This document shows, piece by piece, positions 29,493 through 39,732 of a stretch of 64,000 bases of DNA (position 1 is the stretch's first letter; the number at the start of each line of letters is the position of its first letter). The notes under the pieces were generated by a model. The model did no database searches, was not told the origin of the DNA, and saw nothing but the letters and a program-made list of their open reading frames with translations. The translations under genes were made by a program, and so were the position numbers. Source of the stretch: Pelagomonas calceolata (Eukaryota); assembly GCA_918797485.1 (NCBI GenBank), contig CAKKNE010000001.1:2418001-2482000 (forward strand). Reading direction: 5' to 3'.

Positions 29493-29814
29493 GCTTGTTA
29501 GGTGCTGATGCGACTCAAATGGCTGATATTTTCGGAGCTGGTGGGCACGTCCGGGAGGCGTCAGCGCGCGTGTGTTTGGCCGCCAAAAGACGGGCGTTCG
29601 CGCGTAGCAGCCGCAGAATCACAAAGCTTAAGCTTAAGCAGGTGATGGGTTTTTCGGCACAAGAAAAGACCCGTCCAGCACCCCCGCATCGAGTCTCGCT
29701 GCGGCCGCATGGCTAGCCCCATCGCGCACGGACGGCGGCGACGCCGCGGTTTTGGGATGCCTTTTGGGGCAGCCTCGCAACGACCATCAGAGCGCTGCAA
29801 TTGCGCGGCGCGCC

Positions 29815-30230
29815 ATGCCGCCGCCCGACGACGACCGCGCCGTCGACGATGCGAGCCAGGCGCTGTCCGAGCTATCGGATAATGTGAACGATTTCTTGCG
29901 GATGCAGGCCAAGGTAGGCATCCCATCCCTGGTCGAGAGGCTGCCCCGCCGCGCGAGAGGACGCGCAGTTGTCGTCCACACGCCGGCGACGCGCGCGCGT
30001 CGAGCACGCGTCGAGCGCCGCGCGCGACCGTGACCGAGCCTACCCCCGCACAGCGCGGCGACGACGAGCCGAGCAAGCCGCTGAGCCCCGCGTCGACGGC
30101 GCCGGCGGAGCGCAAGGGCGACGACGGCGACGCCGTGCCCGGCGTCAAGGACCTGCACGCCATGCAGGACCGGATAGCGGGGCTCCTCGACGGCATGCGC
30201 GACGCCGCGGCCGCCGCCGAGGCGAAGTAG
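29815..30230 (+). CDS. two-exon small hypothetical protein (exons 29815-29913, 30054-30230)
   Basis: AAG|GTAGGC donor and CCGCACAG| acceptor give an in-frame 91-aa protein; 140-bp intron. Confidence 0.6.
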
Positions 30231-30467
30231 TGAGTGGTAACGGTACGTGTGTCTCTATGGCTTTGCTTTTCGACGTGGGGGGGGGTCTGCGGAGGCGTAG
30301 TCGTCCATCGAGGCCATTTTTTTGCGGATAGCGGCCGAGGCATACCCTCGCGAGCGCCCAGAGCGGGAATTAAGCTCTGAACTTCACTATTCGGGGGGTC
30401 AGTCGGAGAGGTCTATTTCAAAAGATATCCGCCTAGGCGCCGCGCTATGTATTCTACGCGGCGTGCG

Positions 30468-30495
30468 CGTATATACGCGTATACGCGTATATACG
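30468..30495. repeat. perfect 28-bp palindrome in an alternating purine/pyrimidine tract
   Basis: CGTATATACGCGTATACGCGTATATACG is its own reverse complement. Confidence 0.85.
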
Positions 30496-30500
30496 GATTC

Positions 30501-30520
30501 CTAGTGTGTCGATACGCTAG
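30501..30520 (+). promoter_or_regulatory. CTAG-box variant
   Basis: CTAGTGTGTCGATACGCTAG; same subtype as 60350-60369. Confidence 0.45.
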
Positions 30521-31840
30521 ATCACCAGGTCTTGCGGCTCGCCAAAATACACCAGCGATTGACGGTGCCTTCTACCGTCCATATAGTACATCATATCAAC
30601 TCCAGCCCAGTTTTCATCCACAATCGACGGAACCGGAGCCGACGGCCCGCGCTCGGAGGGCGGGAAAAGAATTCTACTAGACAACTCCCGAGTTTATGTT
30701 CGTTTCCTTCCGTTTGTTAGTGGTAGAGTCCATCTAGAGCGCTAGTACAGTTACCTATCTATATTACGCGCGCCAAAAGCTCCGCGCGATTCGTCATCTC
30801 CGCGACCCCAAGTTTACACATAAACGAGCTCGGAGCCCAACCCTGCGAGTATCAGCGACGCCACCACCCAGATGGACCATAACACCGTTGTTCTATTCAC
30901 AATCGATCGACTTGCCCGTTCTCCGCGGACGACGGTGCGTAGACGGAGGGCCAGAAAGGACCCAGACCTATAAATTATGAAATAAAATTATGTTTCAGGC
31001 GCTTCGGTTCCGGGACGGGCCAGCTAACCGGCCTGAACACCTACTACATTGGATTACCTGTCCCTTTTACAACTCGCGCCTTGTCGGTCTCGCGACCGCA
31101 CCATCTCATCAAATTGGGCTAGTTACTTGGACCTGCGACCATCAGCCCGTGTACCATCACCATGGACCTTGACGCGATCATTTGTTTCATGATCGACCGA
31201 CTTGAGCGAGCTCCAGATAAAGATGTTCACGTCCCGAGCGTGGGCAGCAAAAAGTACCCTTCTCATAATGTAGATGGCATATACTTGTAATTGACTATCG
31301 GTGGGGTAGTATGGGGTCCAACGAGACCGCTACGGCGACTACTGGGGGCCCTCGGGTAATTGGCGTTTTTGACGGGAACGGGGCGCCATCGGGCCCAAAT
31401 TATTTACTTTTTGTGGATGTAGATCGGCTCGCGGACTCCCTTTGGGATAGGTCTGGGGTCGGGTGGTCGCCTGCACTGGATACGCCGTCGATGCAGCAGC
31501 CTAGTGCTCTCGGAGGGCTTTGGAAGCAAATCATGGCAAAAAGTTGCTAGCCTCTGTGGGCTGCTGAGAGAAATCGGCCAAAAATGCTTGAAGCGGCGGC
31601 GTATGCGGTGTAGGCGCGTGCACGTGTATAGTACCGACCCTAGGCGACCCCAGGGAGACCTCTTGGGCAGGGATCGACAGGATTTAACCGGCGCGGCTGC
31701 CATGGAGCATGGCGTCGTCGGCCGCGAATTAAAAAAATACTTTTTTTTGCCCCCCAAGAAGTGTTCCATTGATCTCTTTGGACCATTAGCGAACTGAACG
31801 GTACTCGAACGGCTGCATGCTGCGTTCCGAGTTTTGCTTG

Positions 31841-31863
31841 CTAGTGTCTTTACAGGCCGCTAG
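31841..31863 (+). promoter_or_regulatory. CTAG-box motif copy
   Basis: CTAGTGTCTTTACAGGCCGCTAG upstream of the U-box gene. Confidence 0.6.
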
Positions 31864-32111
31864 CTGCGCGGGCCTCTGGGCGCCGAGATCGCCTTCTAGC
31901 GCTCCTGGGAAGCAGAAGGCCAGCGCGGCGCAGCGTGCGTACGCACCCAGCAGCCACGCGCCCCAACCCTCTGTGTTTTCACGAGCACCCCGTGCGACTG
32001 AGAGGTAGCACGCACAAGGCGCCTGGGGAAGGCCAAATCGATTGTACCGCGCATCGGCATCGACGCTTCGCCCACGCCACGAGAGACATTCGCAGCGAGA
32101 CACGCGCAGCA

Positions 32112-34976
32112 ATGTCGAGCCACTACAGCACCGACTACTCGCGCTTCAAGGACATTGTCGATTCGGACGAAGAGGACGAGGAGAAGCCCGGCGAGGGCGA
32201 GGAGGAGGAGGCGGCCGCCGCCGACGACGCCGCGTCGGCGTCGTGCTCGGACTCGGACAGCCTGCCGGACTTGCTGGAAGGGGAAGAGGCGGAGGACCCC
32301 GCCGTCGAGGCCGCGGCCGCGCAGTGGTGCGCGCCGACGGTCTCGGCCGCCGCGCGCGCCGCGATGGCGGCGGCGGCGGGCCGGGTGAGCCCGGTCGGCG
32401 GCCCGCGGGCGCCGGCGCCGGCGCCGCCGGCGGCCGCCGTATCGGCGCCGCGCCCGCCCGCGCAAGCGCCGCCGCCGGCCGCCGCGCCCGCTGCCCCGGC
32501 GCCGCCGCCCGCGCCCTCGATCAAGGAAATGAAAGCCAAGATCCGCGAGGCGGGCCTCGGCACGGCCGACCTCCTGGAGCGCCAGCAGGTCGTCGCGCGG
32601 CACGAGCAGGCGCTGGCGCGACTGGCCGAGGCCGCGCGCGCGAAGAAGGCGCCACCCGCGGCGGCGGCGCCCGCGAGGCCGCCGCCCGCGAAGGCGCCCG
32701 GCGGCCGCCACAGCACGGACTACTCGCGCTTCGACCACGTCGCGTCCGACGACGACGACACGGACGAGGACATGCCGGGCCTGGCGGACCCGGACGCGGC
32801 GCCGGCGGCCGCGGCGGAGGACTCGGCGGAGAGCGCCTCGAGCGCCTCCGAGACCGACGACGAGATGCCCGGGCTCGAGGACCAGGAGCCGCCCGCCGCG
32901 GCGCCCGCGGCGGCGGCGGCCGACGCGTGCCTCGGCACGGCCGCGTGCCCGTGCTGCGCCGCGCGGCAGCGCGACGAGGCGACGCGCGCGGCGCGCAAGG
33001 CGCGGAGCGAGGCGCTGAAGCGCGAGAAGGCCGTCAAGGCCGGCGCGCGCCAGCGCGAGCTCATCCGGAAGGCGGACGAGAAGCGGCAGCGCGACCGGGC
33101 CGCCATGGCGCGGCGCAAGGCCGCGGAGCGCGAGCACGAGGCCGAGCGCGAGCGGCGGAGCCGCGAGGCGCGCGACCAGCGCGCGCGCGCGGCCGAGGCC
33201 GAGCGCGCGCGGAAGCTCGCCGAGGCGGAGCAAAAGCGCGACGCGGAGGCCGCGCGCGCGGCGGCGGACCGCGCCTTCGACGCCCTGCGCGCCGTCGGCA
33301 CGTGCCGGAGCTGCTCGTCGACGATCATCCACGGCGCGAACCGCGTCGCCGTGAAGTGCTCCGGGGGCTGCGCGATGTCCTACCTGGCCAAGTGCTGGGA
33401 GACGGCCGTCGCGCCGGCGATCGCGCGGGGCGACGGCGCCTACGCGTGCCCGACGGACGGCTGCGACGGGCACCTCGTCCGCGTCGAGCGGACGACCTGC
33501 AAACATGGGGCCGTCGAGGCGGTCCGCGAGGAGGCCTGCCGGGCGCCGAGCGCGCAAAAGCCGCCGGAGGCGACGGCGAAGAAACCTCCGGCCCCCAAGC
33601 GCGCGGCGCCGGCGCCGCGCCCCGCGCCGGCGGCGCGGCTGCCCGCCGACGCGACGGCGAGCGTCTGGGTCGGGCCCCTGACGGACGCGGACTTCGAGCG
33701 CCGCGTCGACAAGGCGCTGCGGCGCACGGCCCTGAGCGCCAAGGCCATCGAGGGCATTCGCCGGTCCCTGCCGCCCCTCGGCTTCCTCGAGGCCGGGCCG
33801 CCCGAGTTCGTGCCCGGCCTCGCGCCGCGGCCCTACGCGCGCGTGCGCGCGTCGACGGCGACGGCCGCGCAGATCGTGGCGCGCGCGCTCGAGGGCCGCG
33901 TCGGCGCGGGCGTCGTCGCGCGCGTGCTGAGCGCGCGCGAGCTCGACGCCGTCGTCGCGCTCGAGACCGTCGAGCGCGCGCTCGACGCGCTGCGGGCGCA
34001 CGAGGCGGCGGCGGCGGCGCTCGAGGTCGAGGCGGCGGCGCGCGCCGCCGTCGCTGCGGACCGGCGCCGCGCGGCCCTGGCCAAGCAGGCCTCGCAACAG
34101 CGCCTGCGCGCCGCCGTCGCGGCGGCGCCGTTCCCCGCGCCGGCGGCGCGGCCACGCGCCGCGAGCGGCCTGGACGCCGACGCCGCGGCGTGGCCGGCGC
34201 CGGACGCGTCGCCGCGGCGCCGGGCCGCCATGGAGCTCGCCGCGGCCGACGCGCTCGAGGGCGCCGCGCTCGACACGACCGAGGACCTCTACTGCCCGAT
34301 CACGCACGAGCTCTTCGAGGACCCGTGCGTGCTCGAGGGCGACGGGCGGACCTACGAGCGCCGCGCCATCGAGGAGTGGCTGCGCCGCGGCAACCGCACG
34401 AGCCCGCTCACGTCGCGCACGCTCGCGAGCACGCGCCTGGCGCCGAATCGGGACGTGCGGGCCGCGGCGGCCGCCTTCCGCGCGGCGCGGGGCCGCGCGG
34501 ACTCGGACGAGCTGGGGGCGCTCCGGCCCGAGGCCGCGGCGCCGCCGGCGCCGCCCGCCCGGGCGCCGGCCGACGGCACGGCGCGGCTCGTCCAGGCGCT
34601 CGCGGCCGTCGGCTGCGCCCTCGACGCGACGGCCGAGCAACTCCTGCGGGACGCCGAGGTCGACCTCGACTGCGTCCACGACCTCGAGCCCGAGGACGTC
34701 GCGGAGGTGGGCCTCACGAGCCACGACGCGGCGGCGCTGCTCGCCGCGCGGCCGCGCCTCCGCGGCGGCGCGGCACCGCCCGAGACGTGGGCCTGCCCCG
34801 CGTGCACGCTCGCGAACAGCGACACGGTAGCGACGTGCCAGGCCTGCGGCGGCCCGCGGCCCGGCGCCCCGGCGCCGGCCGAGGCCGGCTGGGCCTGCGC
34901 CGCGTGCACGCTCGCGAACCCGCAGCTCGTGCTGGCCTGCGTGGCGTGCGGGGCGACGCGGCCGCCGGAGATGTGA
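32112..34976 (+). CDS. U-box E3 ligase-like protein with Cys-rich domain, SAM-like region and two RanBP2 zinc fingers
   Basis: LYCPITHELFEDP...DGRTYERRAIEEWL...SPLT (U-box); WACPACTLAN and WACAACTLAN; two DYSRF(K/D)xxxSD motifs. Confidence 0.85.
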   Translation: MSSHYSTDYSRFKDIVDSDEEDEEKPGEGEEEEAAAADDAASASCSDSDSLPDLLEGEEAEDPAVEAAAAQWCAPTVSAAARAAMAAAAGRVSPVGGPRAPAPAPPAAAVSAPRPPAQAPPPAAAPAAPAPPPAPSIKEMKAKIREAGLGTADLLERQQVVARHEQALARLAEAARAKKAPPAAAAPARPPPAKAPGGRHSTDYSRFDHVASDDDDTDEDMPGLADPDAAPAAAAEDSAESASSASETDDEMPGLEDQEPPAAAPAAAAADACLGTAACPCCAARQRDEATRAARKARSEALKREKAVKAGARQRELIRKADEKRQRDRAAMARRKAAEREHEAERERRSREARDQRARAAEAERARKLAEAEQKRDAEAARAAADRAFDALRAVGTCRSCSSTIIHGANRVAVKCSGGCAMSYLAKCWETAVAPAIARGDGAYACPTDGCDGHLVRVERTTCKHGAVEAVREEACRAPSAQKPPEATAKKPPAPKRAAPAPRPAPAARLPADATASVWVGPLTDADFERRVDKALRRTALSAKAIEGIRRSLPPLGFLEAGPPEFVPGLAPRPYARVRASTATAAQIVARALEGRVGAGVVARVLSARELDAVVALETVERALDALRAHEAAAAALEVEAAARAAVAADRRRAALAKQASQQRLRAAVAAAPFPAPAARPRAASGLDADAAAWPAPDASPRRRAAMELAAADALEGAALDTTEDLYCPITHELFEDPCVLEGDGRTYERRAIEEWLRRGNRTSPLTSRTLASTRLAPNRDVRAAAAAFRAARGRADSDELGALRPEAAAPPAPPARAPADGTARLVQALAAVGCALDATAEQLLRDAEVDLDCVHDLEPEDVAEVGLTSHDAAALLAARPRLRGGAAPPETWACPACTLANSDTVATCQACGGPRPGAPAPAEAGWACAACTLANPQLVLACVACGATRPPEM

Positions 34977-35642
34977 TAGTAAGAAGTTGTTGATGTGCCT
35001 GGGATGTGCTCGACGATTGTTCCCCCGACGACATGGCCTCGGCCGGGACTGGCCCTCCACCAAGTTCTGGAGAGAACCCCCGGGCGGCTGTGCTCGTGCC
35101 CGGGCGAACGCCTCTTCACTCCTAATCGGATTTGCGGCGCCAAAAAAGCATATGCAGATCATCGACCCGATCGACGCAAGCGAGAGGGCCCCGCATCCGA
35201 CCTGGCCGCGAACTCGCGAGTTGCTTTGCTTCTTAGAGCTAGGCCACCTAGCGAATTCTAGAGAAACTAAATTAAGACTCGGAAAGATAAGCGCGGAAGC
35301 GCGGAGCAGATGCGCAGTCCACTGGGCAGAGTATAATAATAATACATGTGACTAAACTGGAACGTATCCAGATTCTGTCCTACGACGCCCGTGATCATAG
35401 ATGGCGGCGGCACGCGCGCTATTTGGTTCTTCTCCTTCTTGGCGCTCGCCGTCGCGATCTAGTGCCACCGGCCTCCCACCGGCCCCATCGCCACCACCCT
35501 CAATGCATCCCATGCATCCCACTCGCCTCTCATAAGTCCCCTATTTTTAGTATGGGTAATGACCAAAAACCCGTGCTCAACAGTTAATTAAAATGGTGGC
35601 TCGGCGGCCTAGCTCTAAACAAAGCAAAACAGCTTGAGTGAG

Positions 35643-35664
35643 CTAGCGTCCTGTGAGACACTAG
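35643..35664 (-). promoter_or_regulatory. CTAG-box motif copy
   Basis: Minus strand CTAGTGTCTCACAGGACGCTAG, ~215 bp upstream of ATG 35881. Confidence 0.55.
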
Positions 35665-35880
35665 GGATGACCAGCAAAGCAGCATGACATTGTATATAAT
35701 ATCGTAAGCAACTCCGGCTAGGCTCGAGGAGTTGCTACAGTGGTTTCTAGATCTATTCCAAAGATACACGTGATATTCTCGCTGCACCGGTTGCTGTGTT
35801 GCTGCTCTCACACCCCCCTCTAGCGGTGCAGTGTTTCACACGCCGCGGACGAAAAAAAAAAACTCCGCCCTCGGAAGACT

Positions 35881-36414
35881 ATGTCCGTCCGCTTCGTCGC
35901 CACCGAGATCCTGAGCAGCGCCGACGGCCTGTCGCACGGCGAGACCCAGGTCCTCGAGACCGACGAGGTGCGCGCGGCGCGCGCGGCCGGCGGCGGCGGC
36001 GGCAAGACGCTCTACGAGCAGCTCGAGGCCGAGCGGGAGAAGCAGCAGGAGGCCTACGACGCGAACACGAAGGCGCTGTTCAGCCCGGGCGAGGTCCTCG
36101 ACGCCGAGGACGTCGCGTTCTACGAGGCGGAGCAGCGCCGCGCGGCCGCCGCGCGCGCCGCGCGCGCCGAGGACGAGGCCTCGGAGTTCGCCGCCGCGCG
36201 CGCGGCGGCCGCGCCGGCGGCGGCGCCGCCCGTCGTCCGCGCGGCGCCGGCGCCGGCGCCGGCGCGCGCCGCCGACCCGCCGCCGGCCGTGCGCATCCGG
36301 CGCCGGCCCGCCGCGGCGCCGGCGCCGGCGCCGAAGCGTCCGCGCGTCGAGGGCGGCGGCCTCGGGGGCCTCGTCGCGTACTCGTCCTCCTCGGAGGACG
36401 ACGATGACTCGTAA
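35881..36414 (+). CDS. FAM192A/PSME3IP1 (NIP30/Fyv6)-like protein
   Basis: RFV...KTLYEQLEAEREKQQEAYD...LDAEDVAFY; C-terminal LGGLVAYSSSSEDD. Confidence 0.8.
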   Translation: MSVRFVATEILSSADGLSHGETQVLETDEVRAARAAGGGGGKTLYEQLEAEREKQQEAYDANTKALFSPGEVLDAEDVAFYEAEQRRAAAARAARAEDEASEFAAARAAAAPAAAPPVVRAAPAPAPARAADPPPAVRIRRRPAAAPAPAPKRPRVEGGGLGGLVAYSSSSEDDDDS

Positions 36415-36523
36415 CATATACTTGTGGTGAACCGGCCAGACCATAGTGTGGCCCGGGTCGTCGTCGGAGTTTACGGGGGCTGGTGCGACATCCCGCCACT
36501 AGGGGGCGGAGCCCCTGCCTAGG

Positions 36524-36551
36524 GCTGGGGGGGAGACACCGCGCGTCGCCG
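36524..36551 (-). repeat. dispersed repeat family 2 (partial copy)
   Basis: GCTGGGGGGGAGACACCGCGCGTCGCCG, matching 46605-46632. Confidence 0.75.
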
Positions 36552-36846
36552 CGCCTTTCATAACAGCGTACCTCCTTCTAACCTCAGCGGCCCGCGATGC
36601 GCCAATGGTGCGGATCTGGGATTCCGGCGTCCGACCTCCTCGCCCTCGTCGCCTCCGACCGAACACCCACGGCGTACGAGGGCCGGTCACACAGGCCCCG
36701 CGTCGGTCGCGGTGGCTAGCCCAAGCAAAGCAAATTAGAAATCGAGGACGGAGGAAGCTTCCCAAGAGCAACCGCCGCCTAATACCCCTAGCACCGTGGC
36801 AGATAGAGCACCGTTCCCAAGGAGAACGATAGTTAAACACATTACC

Positions 36847-37332
36847 TCACGGGTGCCACGTCTGCGCGCCCGCCGCCGGCGCCGGCCGGCCGACGGCGGG
36901 GCTCTTCGCAGCCTCTGCGGCCGCCTTGACAATGTCCCCGTGACGCCTCCCATACGACGCGCCGCGGAGGAGGCCCCCCTGCTGGACCGCGGCGCCGCCG
37001 TGGCCCGCGCGCCGCCGCAGCCAGCCAATCTCCTGGGCCGTCGTCGCCGGGAAGAGGTAGCGGCGGCGCGGCGCGGTGCGCGCGGCCGCGAACGCCGCAT
37101 AGTGCGTGCCGTAGGAGCTCGCGGGGTCGGGTGCCACCGGCGGCGGCGCGCTCGGGTCGTGGCGGTGCGGCGCCTCCGGGGCTGCCCAGCTCCGAGCGTC
37201 GTTCGGCGCGTAGCTGGCGCGGAAGGGCGCGGCGACGATCTGGACCTTGAGCTCCTTCGCCACGGACTCCTTCCAGCAGCGCAGTTTGGCGTCGTCGAGG
37301 GCCGCCTTCTCCTCGGCGGCGGCGTCGCCCAT
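36847..37332 (-). CDS. FAM183/CFAP144-like ciliary microtubule inner protein
   Basis: WKESVAKE and PRRRYLFPATTAQEIGW motifs. Confidence 0.6.
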   Translation of the reverse strand: MGDAAAEEKAALDDAKLRCWKESVAKELKVQIVAAPFRASYAPNDARSWAAPEAPHRHDPSAPPPVAPDPASSYGTHYAAFAAARTAPRRRYLFPATTAQEIGWLRRRAGHGGAAVQQGGLLRGASYGRRHGDIVKAAAEAAKSPAVGRPAPAAGAQTWHP

Positions 37333-37601
37333 GTGCCTCCGCTGGGCAGCCCTCCGGAGGGTCAGGACGCAGCTATGACCGGGCTAGTCGTGGCGTTTGC
37401 CGAGTGGTCCAAGAGCAAGACGCACGAATTTGGCACGTCTCGCTCGGGCAGCCTCCGCAGCGGGCAAGGGCGCTCAAAACACAGACACAGCGCCCTCTCA
37501 CGTACGCAACCCGCACGGCCTCTCGAGGCGTCTGCTTCGCGGTTACTATTGGTCTACGGAGGGTTACCTAGCGAGGTTTGAGATCCGCGTCCGAATGTAG
37601 G

Positions 37602-37619
37602 CTAGCGGTAAGACACTAG
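37602..37619 (-). promoter_or_regulatory. CTAG-box motif copy (short, divergent promoter)
   Basis: Minus strand CTAGTGTCTTACCGCTAG. Confidence 0.6.
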
Positions 37620-37773
37620 GGATGCCAAGCAGACGGTCTATTTACGCCGCCTACACTCGTAGTGCTGCAGGCGTTAAGCATCACAGCCACTTCGCGACGC
37701 CTGCGCGCGCAGCGGTGCAGCGCGCTGCGCCGACGCAGGAGCAGTGCCGCGGGCGAGAGGCAAGGAGAGCACC

Positions 37774-38421
37774 ATGGAGCGCATCCGCTACCACGTCCCG
37801 GAGGACGGCGACGACGCGGCGCACCCCAACGTCTTCGAGCTCGTGAGCGAGGGCGCGGTGCGCGTCGGCGACGTGCGGCGCCACTTCCCGCTGCCGGGCC
37901 GCTTCCACCTCCGGTTCCGGCGGCGCGTCGCGGGCCTCGAGGTCTGGGCGGACGCGGCCGACGACGCGGCGCCGGCGCCGCGCCTGGCGGGGCGCATCCT
38001 CGTCAAGGCGAGCCGCCTCGCGGGCGACGCGGCGCGCGCGCCGGCGCGGCCGCCGCCGTCGCCGCGGCGCGCGTCGGCGCCGCCGCCAGCGCGGCCGCCG
38101 CCGCCGCCGCCGCCGCCGCCGCGGGAGACGAACCTGCTGGGCCTCGGCGAGGCGTCGCCGCCGGCGCCGCGCGCGGAGCCGAACCTGCTCGGGTCGCCGC
38201 CGATCTCGCGGTCGGAGCCCAACCTGCTGGGCCTCGACGCGCCGGCCGCGGACTCGCTGAACATGTTCGCCGGCCTCGACGCGACGGCGCCAGCGCCGGC
38301 GCCGGCGCCGATGCAACCGAACAACGCGCCGGACCCGTTCGCGGCGCCGCCGCCGCCACGCCGGTCGAGCGCGCCGCCCCCGAAGGGGACCTTCGACGCC
38401 TTCTCGGACTTCAAGCTATGA
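37774..38421 (+). CDS. DIX-like domain protein with clathrin/adaptor-binding-like motifs
   Basis: IRYHVPEDGD...HPNVF...FPLPGRFHLRF (protist DIX-like); NLLG x3 including LLGLD; DPF; FDAF. Confidence 0.7.
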   Translation: MERIRYHVPEDGDDAAHPNVFELVSEGAVRVGDVRRHFPLPGRFHLRFRRRVAGLEVWADAADDAAPAPRLAGRILVKASRLAGDAARAPARPPPSPRRASAPPPARPPPPPPPPPRETNLLGLGEASPPAPRAEPNLLGSPPISRSEPNLLGLDAPAADSLNMFAGLDATAPAPAPAPMQPNNAPDPFAAPPPPRRSSAPPPKGTFDAFSDFKL

Positions 38422-38442
38422 CCTAACTTGTGTTTACTAGTA

Positions 38443-39594
38443 TCACCAGGGGATTCGGAGGCCGTCCTCGCAGTTCACGAACGCGCCCGTCTTGTCCAGC
38501 GACGCGCGGATGACCTCGTGGAGCACGCGCAGCGCGCCCTCGGCCGGCGGCACGGCGCCCTCGATGTCCCAGATACTTTCGTACTTCTTCGTCATCTCCG
38601 TGCGGTTGAAGCCCGGGTGGAGTAGGACGACGCAGACGCCCTTGGATTTGAGCTCCTCAGCCAGTAACACGCCGCCGATGTTGCAGGCCGCCCGCGACAT
38701 GTGGTGGCCGTAGTCGCCGCCCTCGTCCTTGTTCTGCGTGAAGCGCCACTCGCAGCTGCCCGCCTGCGACGTGACGATGGCAATTTTGGAGCCCTCGACG
38801 AGCCCGCCGGCCTGATATAAAGCGTTGGAGACCCGTAAAGGCCCGACGGCGCAGATGTCGATCTGCTTTAATTCCTCTTCGAAGTTCAGGGAATTTTCGG
38901 TGACCTTCTCGCAAGGACCATAAAAATAGCCCGCGTTGTTTATCAAGACGTCGACGGGGCCTCCATCACTCACGATTTTCTTGGCAGCAGAAGCGCAGGC
39001 CTCGGCGTCCGTGACGTCGACGCCGTCGTAGATTTTCGCACCGTCCACGGTGCCGCTTCGGCAAATAACTAAAACCTCGGCGCCCACGTCCATCGCCGCC
39101 TTGGCTATTTCCAATCCTAACCCGCGGCTGCCGCCCGTGATCGCCACCCGCTTGCCCTTGAGCGACGACCCATCAAAAATGCTCGCGATGTCGAGGTAGC
39201 GCCGGTTGTCGTCCTTTTGCGCTTGGGCGAACTGCGACGCGGGGTTGTATGTGAGACCTCTCGCCGCGACACGCGGCAGAAGTATGCTCTCTCGCGTAGT
39301 GCCTCTCGCTCGGCGGCGCGGTGACCTCTCGCCGCAGCGCAGCGCAAGATTACTCTCTCCCCGCAGCACGCTCCCGTCTCTCTCGACGCGCGCGCGAAGG
39401 CCTTTTCGGACGCGGGTGCGTGCGCGCGCCACCTGGTCGGCCAGGGAGGCAGTGCCGCCTCTAGTCTCGTCCTCCGGCGCACCGCTGGCCGAAGCCATCA
39501 GCCTCGTTGCGCTGCGCCGGCTGGCAGGTGCTACAAACGCCCGTGCGCTGCCCAGCACCGCTGCGATGCGGAGTGACCGTCGCATTGCTCTCAT
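38443..39594 (-). CDS. short-chain dehydrogenase/reductase (C-factor/CsgA-like), plastid-targeted, one in-frame intron (~39232-39423)
   Basis: ITGGSRGLG, LINNAG, LLHPG; signal peptide ending ARA-FVAP; a 64-codon non-protein-like insert ending TCGCAG. Confidence 0.85.
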   Translation of the reverse strand: MRAMRRSLRIAAVLGSARAFVAPASRRSATRLMASASGAPEDETRGGTASLADQVARARTRVRKGLRARVERDGSVLRGESNLALRCGERSPRRRARGTTRESILLPRVAARGLTYNPASQFAQAQKDDNRRYLDIASIFDGSSLKGKRVAITGGSRGLGLEIAKAAMDVGAEVLVICRSGTVDGAKIYDGVDVTDAEACASAAKKIVSDGGPVDVLINNAGYFYGPCEKVTENSLNFEEELKQIDICAVGPLRVSNALYQAGGLVEGSKIAIVTSQAGSCEWRFTQNKDEGGDYGHHMSRAACNIGGVLLAEELKSKGVCVVLLHPGFNRTEMTKKYESIWDIEGAVPPAEGALRVLHEVIRASLDKTGAFVNCEDGLRIPW

Positions 39595-39714
39595 TGTGTC
39601 TCTTTGCTGGCTGAGAGCAGCGCTCGCGTCAACGTGAGGAAGCGGTCTGCGGACGGTCCGAGACGGCTCCTCGCGCACTCAGGACGGCCTCCGTCGCCAG
39701 GCGTCTTCACGAAG

Positions 39715-39732
39715 CTAGCGTAAGACCACTAG
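39715..39732 (-). promoter_or_regulatory. CTAG-box motif copy (short, divergent promoter)
   Basis: Minus strand CTAGTGGTCTTACGCTAG. Confidence 0.55.

Noticed and set aside
31896..35162. 1088-aa minus-strand ORF and 983-aa alternative plus-frame ORF
   Set aside because: Arg/Gly/Ala-rich shadow frames of the extreme-GC U-box gene; no domain motifs
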